DNA of 64,000 nucleotides, taken from NCBI RefSeq assembly GCF_964213995.1, contig NC_135825.1, forward strand, positions 26,350,001 through 26,414,000, given 5' to 3'. The position numbers and the translations under genes were made by a program. This document shows, in pieces, positions 1-10,850 of the stretch (position 1 is the first letter of the stretch; each line of letters opens with the position of its first letter). The DNA is from Mustelus asterias (Eukaryota). The notes beneath the pieces are model-generated. The model was not told the DNA's origin and searched no databases. It saw only the letters and a list, made by a program, of their open reading frames with translations.

Positions 1-482
1 TGATGAGACAGATGAGCTATTTTGATTTAGTCTGAGATGGGTGGCCCACTAAGAGTCCCAGCTGCAGCCTGCCAAAGCTCATTACGTGTCCGGCTGGTCA
101 GTTTATGTAACCACCACAGCTAAACCTGAATTAATCCTCACAGTACGAAGTGAGTACCCTAGCAACGGCCTGCTTAATTTGTGGAATATTATAATTCATC
201 ACTGCTTGGGCTACTAGAGGTCATTCCATACAATTTATTGATGAAGAAACAATGTGAAAATTCCCTATGAATTAAAAAAGCAGTGAAATTCTAATTGCTA
301 GCGAAGTGACAGAGTTGACGAAGGAAGCATGCAGGCTGGGGTTTGAACTCCCACACTTTAGTTTGCAATCTAATGATTATCATTGACTAATGGACAGGAC
401 AGAGCAGCGTACCTTGTATTCTCAGTGAAAGGGAATGTTGGCTATTCATGACCCCTGTTTAAAATTAGTGTCAAGTCCTGGT

Positions 483-713
483 ATTGGATTTGAACACAGT
501 AAGAGTTTTAACAACACCAGGTTAAAGTCCAACAGGTTTATTTGGTAGCAAATGCCATTAGCTTTCGGAGCCCTGCTCCTTCATCAGATGGAGTGGATAT
601 CCACTAGTGGCATTTGCTACCAAATAAACCTGTTGGACTTTAACCTGGTGTTGTTAAAACTCTTACTGTGTTTACCCCAGTCCAACGCTGGCATCTCCAC
701 ATTGGATTTGAAC
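483..713. mobile_element. Short palindromic Penelope-like element remnant (inverted terminal sequence) with 13-bp flanking direct repeat
   Basis: ~493-560 is a near-perfect reverse complement of ~604-672. ATTGGATTTGAAC occurs at 483-495 and 701-713. The same terminal sequence borders the GIY-YIG-bearing element at 17726-18416. Confidence 0.75.
555..591 (-). ncRNA. Minimal type I hammerhead ribozyme in a Penelope terminus
   Basis: Minus strand reads CCAT-CTGATGA-A-GGAGC-AGG-GCTCC-GAAA-GC-TA-ATGG: canonical CUGAUGA/GAAA core, 5-bp stem II, stem I CCAT/ATGG, palindromic AGCT in place of a normal stem III. Confidence 0.75.
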
Positions 714-827
714 CCAGAGCTTCTTGTCTACTGGTAGGGACGATACCACTGAGCCCCAAGACCTCAATTCATCTTTAGTAATATAGTATAATATTGCATA
801 GTAGTTGAATAGTTTCTAGGATACTAT

Positions 828-1933
828 GGGGGCAAATTTACCATTTTTTTCCCTAAGTGCTGTGCAGACTTGAAACTGGGAGAGTTTCAGATCCGTCTTT
901 TGGTTGTGTTTTCAGGCTCCCCCCGCCTCCCTCCCCCATACACACTCTGGCTGCAAAAGTTTGAGCAAGTCTGTTGCTTGCTGCAGAAGCCTGTGGGTGG
1001 GGCTTAATGCGCAAAAAATCCTACAGAGGGAAGTAGTGCGTATGCGCAGGCCTCTGATGCTGCACATGCATATTAGCAGTAGCAGGGGTTTGACAGAAAA
1101 GAGAGAGCTGTCAGGCCCCTGCTCGTGCAGGCTGCCTGAAGCAGCTCCCCCCCCCCCTGCAATCGTGGGGTCCCGTGGCCTGAGATACAGCCCCCGCTGA
1201 TCCTTCCCCGCCGCCCAGATCAATTGTGGACCCCCCTTCCCGCACCGATCGCAGACAAGCCACCATGCCCCCATCGATCTCTGCAGAGTGACAGCGGGTC
1301 CGATGAAGCCCGCTGCTACACTGCAGAGATCATTGGGGGGGCGGGTCTCCCTCCCTCCCTCCCTCCCTCCCCCCACTGATCTCTGCAGTGTGGCAGCGGG
1401 CCTCATCCCCCCCATTAGCCCCTCCCCATTAGCCCCGCCCCATTGGCTCTGCCCCCACCAGCCCCTCCCCATATGCCTCACCTCCTGGCACTGCCCGGTG
1501 GCATTGCCAAGGTGCCCAGTGAGCACTGCCCAGGTGCCAGGGTGGCAGTGCCCAAGGTGCACCCCACCTTGCCCTCAGCCTCCCTGGGGGGCCACATTCG
1601 CCTCTGGATCCACCGGCGAGACCAAGTCGACTGCTGCCCATTCATGGGGAGCATGTCTATTCCTCGCCGGTGAGAACCTTTCCGGCGAAGTCATAAAGGA
1701 GCCGAGCCTGGACGATTGAGCGCCGGGTCGCTAAGCAGGTGTAAAACAGCATTAAAATAAATTTACATAAATTGACCTGCCACTCGCCCATTTCCAGTGA
1801 GAGGCTGACCACGCCGGAAATCCGGCGCTCGTAAAATGGCGCCGATCGTGATCACCGGTGCCAATCGCGCTAAGCGTTTTACGCCCCACTTTACCACCGA
1901 AAACAGGTGCAACGCTATGGTAAAATCGCCCCC
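828..1933. mobile_element. Non-autonomous PIF/Harbinger-type DNA transposon (MITE)
   Basis: TIRs GGGGGCAAATTTACCAT ... ATGGTAAAATCGCCCCC; 3-bp TSD TAT (825-827, 1934-1936); GC-rich non-coding interior. Confidence 0.8.
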
Positions 1934-2908
1934 TATGTTACAAAAATACAATTCTAATTATATATAGCAACAAAATGTACATAATTGTAAGCAGAATTTT
2001 AATTAAGTACAGTTTTTCTGTAAGGTTCATGGCATGGCAATAAATTAGGGATATGTTGCAGCTATATTGTGAATAAATGTTGTACCTTTCGCTTCTCTTT
2101 GCTTTATCCCAGACTGGCTATTTATTCAGTCAGACACTTCGAGAATTTAACTAATTCACCTTTGTAAATTTTTCAATGCTTCTGGCCTCAGCTGCTCTGC
2201 ATTGCATGTGACTTTTAGAAATCCCTGAACAAATTAGTATAATGTGCATTGGTGTCCATTATTTTGACATCTACAGTAATCTGATAGCTTTCCTCAGCAA
2301 ATACTGTAATTTGCTTGAATGGGACATGACAGCTGTAGCCGGAGGGACTAAGCAATGATTTATATTTAGTTAATTAACATGGGATTATAAACAAACCTTT
2401 GTCGCCTTCGAACTTCAGTTAAGTAAGTACATTGGGTTTGTCCGTAGACAAAGATTGCTTCGAAAGCAGGAAACCCTAAATTTGTCAGTGCTGCATGCAA
2501 AGTCTTTTGTTTCAATATGTCCGTCATATCATCTCTCCAGTGAAGGAAGCAGTAGAACCAGTCAGTATCACATCAGCTGTTCCTGACAACTGCTAAATCA
2601 AATGTCAATCTCAGACCGGTTAATAATCTCCATAAAGGTTAATATGGAAAATCAATTTTTCAGATTTCGAGCATGGAAAATTCTAATACATTCTAGTGCA
2701 GAAACAACAGTCAGTGCTGTATTGGTGAGATGATAAGCCAGCTAAATTGACTTTAAAATGAACAAATACTTTGTGGTTGTGGAAATAGGTGAAGTCTTGA
2801 ACCTCCTGAGACATGAACATCAAACATTGTTTTTCGATTCACATTTTAGTGATATTTGAATGCTAAGGTTTAACTAGTTTGTACCGGGAGGAATTGTATG
2901 AATGAGGT

Positions 2909-3231
2909 TAGAATCATAGAATCCCTACAGTTCAGAAGGAGGCCATTCGGCCCATCGAGTCTGCACTGACCACAATTCCATCCAGGCCCTAATCCCGTAA
3001 CCCCACATATTTACCCTGATAATCCCCCTGACACTAGGGTCAATTTAGCATGGCTAATCAACCTAACTTGCACACCTTTGGACTGTGGGAGGAAACTGGA
3101 GCACCGGAGGAAACCCACACAGACACGGGGAGAATGTGCAAACTCCACACAGGCAATGACCCGAGGCCGGAATTGAACCCGGGTCCCTGGCGCTATGAGG
3201 CAGCAGTGCTAACTATTGTGCCACCGTGCCC
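2909..3231 (-). mobile_element. HE1-type V-SINE (tRNA-derived), near full length
   Basis: Minus strand has the GGCACGGTGGCACA head, A/B boxes, V-domain GGGTTTCCTCCGGTGCTCCAGTTTCCTCCCACAGTCC and a GATTCTAT-type tail; many copies in the window. Confidence 0.85.
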
Positions 3232-3426
3232 CCATTACAGGAAAGTGTTGAATCAAATTGGAAGTTAAAGAAAGTTCTGTTCCTCTCTAACAAAATTCCC
3301 ATTTGTCTCTTTTACTTTGGTCATCTCCATTGCTTTCAGTTCACTTCCCATGTTTGATCAGGGGCAGGATTTTGTATTTTGGGCTGGGGCCCTGATTACA
3401 GGATCATGTGCAGGTTTAGACCCCAC

Positions 3427-3553
3427 GGGTAGGAATTTCCAGCCATGCTCACCCCAAAACCAGAAAATCCCGCCCGAGGTCAACGGACCTTTCCATAGCC
3501 CGCCCCTCACCTGCTACGATTCTCGTGGTGGGTGGAACAGGAAAACTGCCCCC
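3427..3553. mobile_element. Small (~125 bp) MITE
   Basis: Imperfect TIRs GGGTAGGAATTTCC / GGAAAACTGCCC; related inverted copy at ~49784-49908. Confidence 0.5.
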
Positions 3554-4061
3554 CCCCCCCCCCCCCCACCCCACCCGTTCCTCCCTCCCAAATGTGTTGG
3601 GAACAATCACCTGGCTATGATTTTATCTTAAGAGGCCATTTTGTTGCCAGAGGGCACATTGCTGTCCAATTAACAATGACAGGTTCACTCTCCAAACTTG
3701 CGGGCCAATAGGAGGCCATCCAGCGCTGAATGGACCATCGCAGGTAAGGGACAGGGAGGTCGTCTCTATCCTGTGTTCTCAGCAACTTTGGACAAATTTG
3801 AAATAAAAAGTGGCCACAACTGCCTGGCCACCATTATGGAGGGGAAACCCTTCCACAAGACAGCCTGTGGCTGCAGATGCAGGTATGTGGGGTTTGGTGG
3901 AGAGCGGACAATCTGCCTGGAATACTGGCTTCTCACATCCCCGCACCCCTGCTCACCTGCTGCTGGAAAGTTGCCACCAGACAGTTGCCATGCTGCCGAC
4001 AGCATGGGTGGTAGTTGGGAACTGCAGGTGTTGCAAAGTTGGGTAGTGTAATCGTAGATTG

Positions 4062-4240
4062 TTAGGTTGATTGGCCATGCTAAAAATTGTCCTTAGTGTC
4101 CTGAGATGCGTAGGTTAGAGGGATTAGTGGGTAAATATGTAGGGATATGGGGGTAGGGCCTGGGTGGGATTGTGGTCGGTGCAGACTCGATGGGCCAAAT
4201 GGCCTCTTTCTGCGCTGTAGGGTTTCTATGATTCTATGAT
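4062..4240 (+). mobile_element. HE1-type SINE, 3' half
   Basis: GTTAGGTTGATTGGCCATGCTAAA...GCAGACTCGATGGGCCAAATGGCCTC...TTCTATGATTCTATGATT. Confidence 0.8.
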
Positions 4241-4429
4241 TGGGAGGTAGGAAGTTAGAATTTGGTGTTTGTAAAATTGTAAAATGCTCGGAGGAGTAAG
4301 CATTGTGCGGTCCCTTTAAAAGGTCGTGCTTTTTCTGTGCTTGGAGATTTAATTTGCAAGTACATAGAGAGGCCCAAAATGAAATATTAGAATCAAAGGC
4401 CAAGCAGCAGTTTTTACCAAGACAACAGG

Positions 4430-5153
4430 CTTTTGAATTTAGCCAATCACGCTTGGCAAAGGTCTGTTTCGGGCGCTACAGTTTCTGAAGAGGTAACGTC
4501 AAAGTTTCCAATGGCTCTCTAATTCAGATCGGTAGTGGGGAGGGGGGAGGGGGTGGGGGGGGTCGGGGGGGGGGGGAGCCTCCATCATTCTCTGGTCGGG
4601 GGGAGGGAGGTCAGATGGTTCTCTGGTGGAGGGGGAGGGGAGGAGGGAGACGGGCCAGATCGCTCTCTGGTGGGGCGGGGGGAGAGGAGGAGGAGGGAAG
4701 TGGGCCAGATGGATCTCTGATGGGGGGGGCAGGGGCGGGGGGGTCCGCTGCCACTCTGTGGGCAATCGGTGGGGGGGAAGGGGGTCAGGGGTCACAATCG
4801 GTCTGGGTAGCAGGGGGGATGGGTAGATAAGTGGGACAGTTATGTTGTGGGGTGGGGCGATATCTGTGGGGGGGGGCATCGCTCCCAGGCTGCTTTATCC
4901 ACTTTTTGTGGCTCGGGAGTGATGCAACAGGGGAGCGTTTTTCAATTTATTTTTCACTGCACATGCGCAGTTGAAGGCTCCGATCGGAGCAGCAGTGTTT
5001 CGGGCGTGATAAGCCCCCCTCACAGCGCAATTCAGACTTGCTACTTTTTTTTCAGGCTAAGTGCGTATGGAGGCACCTGAGAACAGGTTTCCAAGTCAGA
5101 TCTGAATTGCGCCCCGATTCAGCACTTAGAATTAAAATGGTAAAATAGCCCCC
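4430..5153. mobile_element. Harbinger-type MITE, right part only
   Basis: Ends in ATGGTAAAATAGCCCCC and shares subterminal sequence with the elements at 27638-29448 and 38561-39804; G-rich interior; left TIR not found. Confidence 0.6.
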
Positions 5154-5154
5154 T

Positions 5155-5793
5155 TAGATACCAAAAACCTATTAAATTTAATTCTGATGGTTTTGACAAC
5201 CTAGGATCAATCCTATTGTGGGAATCGATATGTCATCACGGGTATAAAAGAAGGGGGCAGTGGGACAAAGAAAAAAGAGCAACTGCCACCTGCAAGAGCT
5301 AACAGCTCTCAAGAGGGAATTGCTGGTTCTCATAGCTTCATCTACATCTTAGAGAAAGCACTATCTAGATAGCAAAGGTACCAAAGAAGAAATAAGTTCC
5401 AGACAGAAGAATCAACAGAGAAAGATCAGAATATTTCAGAAGACACAAAACCTGATTGTAATTTAGAGAGTGACTAAATTCTATTTTGTTAATGAGTAGG
5501 ATTTGTATTTATTTGAACAGAATTCCATTAGAATCGGGAATAGTTAATAGTTAGAAGGGGTTTATTTGGTTTGTTAATAGTTTAGTTAATTTGTTCACTG
5601 TTAGCTAAATAAATTGTTATGTGTTGATTTTAGAGAAAGCATCAGGGATTTATTTTTATTTAATCACTAGAAGTTGCTGAAGAGCAGGTCACATCACTTC
5701 ACACACACCTTTTACAGATTATAGGGCGAGATACTCCTCTTTAGGTGCTTCGGTGTTAGTTCTGAGTGGGGGAATCGCCTCCACTTTATAACA
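5155..5793 (+). mobile_element. Possible old solo-LTR-like sequence
   Basis: TATAAAA near 5243, AATAAA near 5608, ends ...TATAACA. No clear 5' end or TSD. Confidence 0.3.
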
Positions 5794-6389
5794 AGGGCCC
5801 AGTCAGCCTCTGATTCATAGCCTTTATTTGCCTTTTAAGACTGTCTGCTACTTGCAGGTGGGCAGCCACTCCACCCCCAATCAGGCCTCTGGCAAAATGG
5901 CCAAGAGGTTGGCTGGCATGCCAGCTGATGGCACAAAATTATGCACCCACTTGTCTCCATTCCCACCCCCCATATTGGGGTGAAAATTCCAGCTATCCAC
6001 AAACTCCCTTTCACGGCGACCTCTCTTCTCTCAGCGACTGTCTCCAGCTCTGCCTTATTCAACGGGGATTCCAACTAAAATTTCATCTTTTGGATCCGCC
6101 CAAGATTGCAGGTGTCTCCATGATATTCCTTGAACCACTGATCTCTCTGCATCCTGGGATTCAGGTTCACTGTCACATGCACTCTATCGATCTTTCTCTT
6201 CAGTAACACTGACCCATCATTCTAAAACTGTCCTGCTCTACACTTCCATTTCACCCTTTGTCTCATCTGTTCTTTTAACAAAATAAATATTTGCTTCCTT
6301 TCAGATGTCAGGGATCATGAGCTCCAGCAAGTCTTGGATACCAAAGGCCCTCCCTGACTCTTCTTATCCTTCTGAAATAAAAGGAAATC

Positions 6390-6622
6390 TGAAATTAAAA
6401 CAGAAAATGCTGGAAAGATTCAGCAGGCCTGGCAGCATCTGTGGAGAAGGAAACAGAGTTAATGTTTTGAGTCCGTATAACTCTTCAAGAAACTGCTGAG
6501 TCTTTCCAACATTGCCCCACCCCTGAACATGCATAAAGTCTATCACATTTCTTACCATGACCAGTTCTAACAAAAGGCTATGCTCAGCTCTCCACAGATT
6601 CTGCCTGACCTACTGAGCATTT
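6390..6622. mobile_element. Degenerate Penelope-terminus-derived repeat with inverted arms
   Basis: AAATGCTGGAAAGATTCAGCAGGCCTGGCAGCATCTGTGGAG matches the terminus of the element at 60238-62025; a partial inverted arm lies at ~6585-6622. Confidence 0.5.
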
Positions 6623-6624
6623 AA

Positions 6625-6790
6625 GTATAGGAGCAGGATAAGGCCATTCGGCCCTTTGAGCCTGCTCCGCCATTCATTATTATCCCAGCTGATCATCCAA
6701 CTCAATAGCCTGATCCTTGCCTTCCCCCACCCCCCATATATTTTGATCCCTTTCATTCGAAGAGCTATATCTAACTCCTTCTGGAAAACA
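6625..6790 (-). mobile_element. CR1-type LINE 3' tail fragment
   Basis: ATAGGAGCAGG...GGCCATTCGGCCCTTTGAGCCTGCTCCGCCATTC is the reverse complement of the CR1 3' UTR seen at ~26930-27000. Confidence 0.7.
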
Positions 6791-6837
6791 TAATCTTACA
6801 ATAAAAGTTCAAAGGTGGTGGGTGACCTTATTGAATT

Positions 6838-9257
6838 AGGGTGAAAATTGGAGAGAATCATGTCACTATTTGAGTGAGCTCCCAGCCGCAATTATACGGC
6901 ACTTAGAAAAAAAGGGCCCAGATGTGATTCTTGCCAGTAGGGGGAGGGGTGGAGCCGTTCTCGCCGGGAAGCCAGCTGCTGAGTTCTAGAGCCACCATTG
7001 CATGGGCATCCCAATCACCCAGTGCACTGTGTATACAGTATACTGGGAGATCTATCACTCCCCCAGACATCATCCTCCTCTGCATCGCTGCCACGGACAT
7101 CACTCTCTCCCTGCTGATCGCGGCTTTGGGCTTCCCTCTTGATTGCCACTCTTCAATCACTGAGTCCCACATCCCCAATTGCCGCCCCAACCAATCCCCC
7201 TCCCGCCCCCCCCCCCCCCCCCCCCCGATGCAGAATACCCCCATTCCCTCCACCCTACAGAGCTTCCCCAGCGTCCCCCCGTTATGGCGCCACCCCTGTC
7301 ATGGGCCTTCCCCTTTTAGGCCCTGCCCCGTCAGGCCCTGCTACCTTGACAAGGTGGGCAGTGCCAGGGTGCCAAGCTGGCACTGCCCAAGGGGTACTGC
7401 CCAGTCATGCCACGACCATCTTCAATGGCGAGGCCATCACATCTGATTCACATTGGTGGAGACCATTCATGATTCTTGCTGTTGAGGACCTCAACCAATG
7501 AGCAGGTAAGGGGAAGTGAGCCTGGCTGATAGCATTCAGGACTCACTAATTATATTTAAATTAACTAATGAATATTTTGCTGGCAATTCAGTGCCGGTTA
7601 CGTCTTGAGAGACAAAAAACCAGGCATGAACCTGATTTTCTACTGCTCACTCGATCTTACCAGCTTGCCATTTTGATTGACCAGTCGAACAAGCTGATAA
7701 AATTGCCCCCTAAGTGCCAAACGAGTGAGAATATGGGAGAGAATGGCACCGGTTTTTTGGGTGAGCTGTAAGTCGTAATCTTGTGGCACTTAGTGCAAAT
7801 AGAGTGCCAGAATGTGATTCTCACCAATGGGTGGGTCCCCCCTCCCACACTGCCAATAACCTCCTGCCGGTCTGCACCCTCCCACCCTCCCCACGGACAT
7901 CACCACCCCCTCCCCCCCCGACACCGATTGCCCCCGTCTGCAGAGTTCCCTCCCTCCCACCTCCATCGCCACCCTGGCAGAGTGCAGAGTTCCCTATCTC
8001 CCATCCCTGTGGATCTCCCCTTCTTTTCTCCCTCTGTCATAGCTTCTGACAGTCAAAGGACTGTCACATTCATGAGGGGGATTTCCCAACTGCACAGCTG
8101 TTCACTCAGGCCCATTGTTTTAACACTGCATATATTTCAAGTCTTTAAGCCTTCAGAGAAAGTTTAGAGTCTTTGAAATACCTTCAACACCTTTGAAAGC
8201 CTTTGTTTCACTTCAATTTCAGTCCAGCCCCTTTATCTCCCCTAAGATTGACAGCTTAATGGTTTTTACTCAGCACACGTTCAGCTGCGCTTATTTACTT
8301 CTTCCTTCCTGCTTGTGTGCATCTGAAGCACTCCACCCCCACAATTGTTCTTAACCATAATGATTATAAACATTCTAAGCCTGATTGACAGCTATGGTTT
8401 CTTCAAAGGGGTTTAGTAGTTCAACTTCACTTTTGCAGAATGCTTATTCCCTTAGAAGAAGGGAAAGTGAACAGCTGTGGAGATGGGAATACCCGCCCCC
8501 TTCACCCCCCCCCCCCCCGCTGGTGAATGTGACTGTCTTGTGACAGTCAGAGGACATCAAAGGGACCTGCTCAAACCTGCAGCTTCTGAGAGAGAGAAAG
8601 GAAAATCCCTGATGCAGAATGAAGTGCTGCTGTGATTTACAAACTGGCCAGGTGACCAGGGAGCATGGCGATTAAAGTGACCAGGCCACTTCAAATTTTT
8701 CACAGATGACAGGCAGAAATGAAGATATTGAGCAGAGAGTTGCCTGAAATCACTATGCCAAGGGAAATCTTCAGATCTCCCAGGGCTAGAGGGGCAGTCC
8801 AGCTTCAGGACCCCCATCCCAGAGGACAGTGGCAAGATCACTCTGTTGCCCCCCCAGCCCAAGACCACCCAGCCCCAGAACATTTAGGGGACCCTTACTC
8901 TGCAGGGATAGAGGGCACATGGGCACTGGACTTACCTCCCTGACCCCCCAACATGCCAGGCCCACCATTGTCAGGACCTGAACCAAAGCTGGCCTGGTGC
9001 ACATGGGAGGTGGGTGAATAGCAGGAGGGAACTGAATAAGCTTCAAGCCCACTAATGATATTTAGAAGAGACAATTTGTATAATTACTGGGTTCCCACAC
9101 ACTCTGGCTGGGAACCCGATTGGGGCCATTGGGTGGGCCGGGAGTATCGCAATGGGCTTTGTACCCGGCGCAAAACCTGTTTTTCCCCCGACGCCCAAAA
9201 TTCTTCGGTCCAACACAATTCCTGCCAGGAGCTAGGGGGCCCAGAGTACTTCCCCCC
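6838..9257. mobile_element. Two adjacent degenerate Harbinger-type MITEs (~6838-7710 and ~7711-9257)
   Basis: TIR-like ends GATAAAATTGCCCCC (~7696-7710) and GAGTACTTCCCCCC (~9244-9257). They share GGCACTTAG and GGCAGTGCCAGGG blocks with 828-1933. There is an internal inverted repeat, ~8040-8105 vs ~8465-8550. Confidence 0.5.
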
Positions 9258-10095
9258 TACATTGAGGCTTGCATATTGCATAAATCTTTCATAAGTGTCA
9301 TTCTTATTTCCTTTAACATTTCCTGTCACGCTTATTAGTAAGCATCTATTATAAAATTCAATATATTGATCCACTGCAAACATTGTCATGGGAGATCTGA
9401 CAATTCAATATTAAACATTCAAACCCTGATGTTACTGACAATAAATGTATAAATAAATTAAAGAGAAGTTTTGGCAAATAAAATATGTATTAATACCAGT
9501 GATACCAGTGACTCTATTCAATAGGCTTGTTTGATGCCAGCTGAATTATTTTGTTTGAAGAATGGCACCCAAAAACCTCCTTTATGTCATTGACAGAGAA
9601 TTCCATAAAAACCATCCGGAGATGCTTTGGTGGTCTGGAATTCTGTAATAATAAGTGGATGATGATGTAAAGAGTATGATAACAGGCATGTCTCGATTCG
9701 TCAAAAATAAATGAAAATAAAAGCGTAATGTGGTTTTACTACACCAGTGATTATTTTAACATGAGACACACTGGAGACAGAACAGTGACTGTAAAAACTT
9801 TAGTATGCACACATAAAGTAGATCATCATTGTAATTGGATCCAGCACTTCATTTCCAAGTACACATCCATTACTACTTTAAAAGAATACTTTCCGTTTGT
9901 CCTGTCACTCCCTATGAAACTAAAGAGTTGTTAAACAATCTCCAAAACAATCTGGACCACCATTCAAATCAGCAGAGACAAATGAAGCACCCAGTTAAAA
10001 TCTCAGAAGTTGTGAGTAATCTTACCAGGAGGATTTCATTGCTCTATTAGTCATAACATTGAGTGCAGATGACATTGAGCAACAGTAAAACACAT

Positions 10096-10340
10096 TGTGG
10101 TGGACCTCAGTTGTGCCTTTGTCCTATATGGACCACCGTTGTGTGTGTTTGTCATACCTGGACACATCCCCTTCCAGTTTGGTTCCTCCCCTCAGCACCT
10201 AGTATAAAGGTGGCTGTCTCCTCCCCCTTGTTCAGTCCAGGTCGGTTAATTGTTGGGATCTGCTCCTGATTCTGTTGTGAATAAAAGCCTACACTTATAT
10301 TGGCATATCGGTAGTCTTTCGCCTTATTGATAGCGCATCA
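10096..10340 (+). repeat. 5' LTR
   Basis: TGTGGTGG...GCGCATCA; TATAAA 10203-10208, Inr-like TCAGT 10232-10236, AATAAA 10280-10285. Confidence 0.96.
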
Positions 10341-10341
10341 A

Positions 10342-10356
10342 TTTTATTCACAACAG
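10342..10356 (+). promoter_or_regulatory. Non-tRNA primer-binding-site position, complementary to the element's own LTR
   Basis: TTTTATTCACAACAG is the exact reverse complement of CTGTTGTGAATAAAA (10272-10286); no TGG-initiated tRNA PBS follows the LTR. Confidence 0.75.
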
Positions 10357-10364
10357 TTACTAGT

Positions 10365-10697
10365 ATGGAGCAGTTTCTAAAACCCGACAAGTTAGCATTA
10401 GACCCTCAAGAGGTTGGAGCCTCTGATAAATTTGATCATTGGTTGGACTGCTTCGAAGCATTCGTCGACACCGCTACGGCCATCGACACCGACGCTGCTA
10501 AACTCCACGTGCTCCGCGCCCGGGTAAGCGAAACTGTCTATGGAATCTTCCGGGACGCTGCTACATACGCGGACGCTATCGAACTCCTAAAAGGGCAGTT
10601 CCGAAAGAGCCCTAACGTGGTTTACGCCAGACACCTCCTAACTACCCGCAAACAGCAGCCAGGAGAATCGTGCGCCCAATTTCTGCGCGCCCTGTGA
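10365..10697 (+). CDS. gag: Gypsy Gag N-terminal part, ended by an in-frame TGA (same frame as the downstream ORF)
   Basis: Gag capsid-like sequence (ARHLLTTRKQQPGES). After TGA 10695-10697 the frame stays open (VLARACDC...LIRDAYVAGI...IQQRLLE) into the 10851 ORF; offset 486 = 162 codons. Confidence 0.85.
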   Translation: MEQFLKPDKLALDPQEVGASDKFDHWLDCFEAFVDTATAIDTDAAKLHVLRARVSETVYGIFRDAATYADAIELLKGQFRKSPNVVYARHLLTTRKQQPGESCAQFLRAL

Positions 10698-10850
10698 GTC
10701 CTCGCCCGAGCATGCGACTGTAAGGCTGTTTCAGCAGCTCAGAACACGGAGGATCTGATCCGCGACGCCTACGTTGCGGGCATTGAGTCTACATACATCC
10801 AGCAGCGTCTGCTGGAACAAGATGACCTAGACCTCCGGAAAACGGCCACG

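Noticed and set aside
904-1719. Cluster of GC-rich ORFs or a CpG-island promoter
   Set aside because: Lies wholly within a TIR- and TSD-bounded MITE.
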